A DNA stretch of 40,343 nucleotides from NCBI GenBank assembly GCA_035562675.1, contig DATMWF010000013.1:1-40343 (forward strand), read 5' to 3'. The notes under the pieces are model-generated. The model saw nothing but the letters and a program-made list of their open reading frames with translations. It ran no database searches and had not been told where the DNA came from. Below are positions 38,863 to 40,343 of this stretch, one piece after another (within the stretch, counting starts at the first letter, position 1; every line of letters starts with the position of its first letter). The position numbers and the translations under genes are program-made. This DNA comes from Arenimonas sp. Lineage in GTDB: Bacteria > Pseudomonadota > Gammaproteobacteria > Xanthomonadales > Xanthomonadaceae.

Positions 38863-39982
38863 ATGGAATTGAATCCGATTCGCAACCAGATCGCCGAGTT
38901 GCAAGAGCGCGTTTCCTCGCTCAGGGGGTATCTTTGACTTCGATAGCAAAGTCGAGCGCCTTGAAGAAGTAAACCGCGAGATGGAAAGTCCGGAGATCTG
39001 GAACGATCCCGAGAAAGCCCTGGCACTGGGCAAAGAGCGCGCCAGCCTGGATAAAACCGTTTCCGAAATCCGCGGCACGCTGGATGGCCTGAGCGAAGCG
39101 CTCGAGTACCTTGAGCTGGCCGAGATGGAGAACGACGAGGACATGCACCAGTCGGTCGTCCGTGACGTGCAGATCATCGCCGAGCGCGTCGACAAGCTCG
39201 AATTCCGCCGGATGTTCTCGGGTGAGCTGGACCATGCCAACTGCTTCGTCGACATCCAATCGGGCGCCGGCGGCACCGAGGCGCAGGATTGGGCCGAGAT
39301 CGTGCTCCGCATGTACCTGCGCTTCTGCGAGGCGCGCGGCTGGAAAACCGAGCTGATGGAGGCATCGGCAGGCGATGTGGCAGGCATCAAGAGCGCATCC
39401 TTCCGCGTGGAAGGCGAATACGCCTATGGCTGGCTGAAAACCGAGATCGGCGTGCACCGTCTGGTACGCAAATCGCCGTTCGACTCCGACAACCGCCGCC
39501 ATACGTCGTTCTGCTCCGTCTTCGTCAGCCCGGAAGTGGACGATAACATCGAGATCGAAATCAATCCGGCCGACCTGCGCACCGACGTGTACCGCTCGTC
39601 CGGCGCCGGCGGCCAGCACGTCAACAAAACCGAATCCGCGGTCCGTATCACGCACATCCCGACCAACACGGTGGTGGCCTGCCAGACCGGACGAAGCCAG
39701 CACCAGAACCGCGACACCGCGATGAAGATGCTGAAAGCCAAGCTGTATGAGCTGGAAGTGCTCAAGCGCAATACCGAGAGGGACGCGCTGGAAGCCACCA
39801 AGTCCGACATCGGCTGGGGCAGCCAGATCCGCAGCTACGTGCTCGACCAGAGCCGCATCAAGGACCTGCGCACCGGCATCGAGCGCACGGATACCCAGAA
39901 AGTCCTGGACGGCGATCTTGATGAGTTCGTCGAAGCCAGCCTGAAGGCCGGCTTGAGCGCAGGCTCCAGCCGCACCAACTGA
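38863..39982 (+). CDS. prfB: Peptide chain release factor 2, made by programmed +1 frameshift (join 38863..38934,38936..39982; about 372 aa)
   Basis: ORF0 [24 protein letters not shown]; the +1 frame continues [12 protein letters not shown]...; SPF and GGQ motifs present. Confidence 0.96.
38923..38938 (+). promoter_or_regulatory. prfB +1 ribosomal frameshift cassette
   Basis: AGGGGG-TAT-CTT-TGA-C. Confidence 0.95.
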
Positions 39983-39998
39983 CCGCCAAGAAGCCCAT

Positions 39999-40343
39999 AT
40001 GACCGACAATACGCCCGAACTGCCGATAGATGAGAACCAGCTGATTGCGGAGCGCCGCGGCAAGCTGCATGCGTTGCGCGAGCAGGGCATCGCCTATCCC
40101 AATGATTTCAAGCGTGCCGACTACGCGCAGGATCTGCAGGATGCCTATGCCGACAAGGAGCGCTGGACGACCGAGGCGCTGAATGAACTGGACAGCGGCG
40201 TGCAGATCGCCGGTCGCCTGATGGCCAAGCGCGTCATGGGCAAGGCCAGTTTTGCCCAGCTGCAGGACATGAGCGGCCGCATCCAGCTGTATCTGGCCGC
40301 TGCCGACCTCGGCGACAGCTATGAGGCGTTCAAGCACTGGGAC
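39999..40343 (+). CDS. lysS: Lysine--tRNA ligase, 5' part (truncated by the window)
   Basis: Not in the ORF track. [23 protein letters not shown]...YPNDF...[29 protein letters not shown]; follows prfB. Confidence 0.95.
   Translation, partial: MTDNTPELPIDENQLIAERRGKLHALREQGIAYPNDFKRADYAQDLQDAYADKERWTTEALNELDSGVQIAGRLMAKRVMGKASFAQLQDMSGRIQLYLAAADLGDSYEAFKHWD

Noticed and set aside
38932-38937. In-frame stop in prfB suggesting a pseudogene
   Set aside because: It is the canonical programmed frameshift site.
38921-40090. 389-aa minus-strand ORF
   Set aside because: Shadow of prfB and lysS.

Overview
GC-rich core-chromosome segment of a Gammaproteobacterium. Gene order (rpsF-rpsR-rplI without priB; greA-rpfE-recJ-prfB-lysS) points to Xanthomonadales/Lysobacterales. 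From left to right: (1) a minus-strand, tightly coupled run: asnS, two hypotheticals, an atypical SDR, 2-aminomuconate-semialdehyde dehydrogenase, beta-carbonic anhydrase, RidA deaminase, 3-hydroxyanthranilate dioxygenase and an SbtA-type bicarbonate permease (the last is missing from the ORF track); (2) iscA and the S6/S18/L9 operon; (3) dnaB, preceded by a DnaA-box cluster and interrupted in Walker A by a 495-aa LAGLIDADG intein that carries an extra XRE-type HTH domain, then alr, photolyase and WS/DGAT; (4) a ferritin-like gene, an ABC exporter and an alpha/beta hydrolase; (5) a divergent PuuR/PauR-type polyamine/omega-amino-acid catabolic cluster coupled to dapB; (6) a tandem glycine riboswitch and a Rhizobiales-looking gcvP between dapB and carAB; (7) greA, rpfE-like, an antisense lipoprotein, recJ, frameshifted prfB and the start of lysS. 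I saw no tRNA, rRNA, CRISPR array, IS or prophage. All family calls come from motif recognition by eye, not from database searches.
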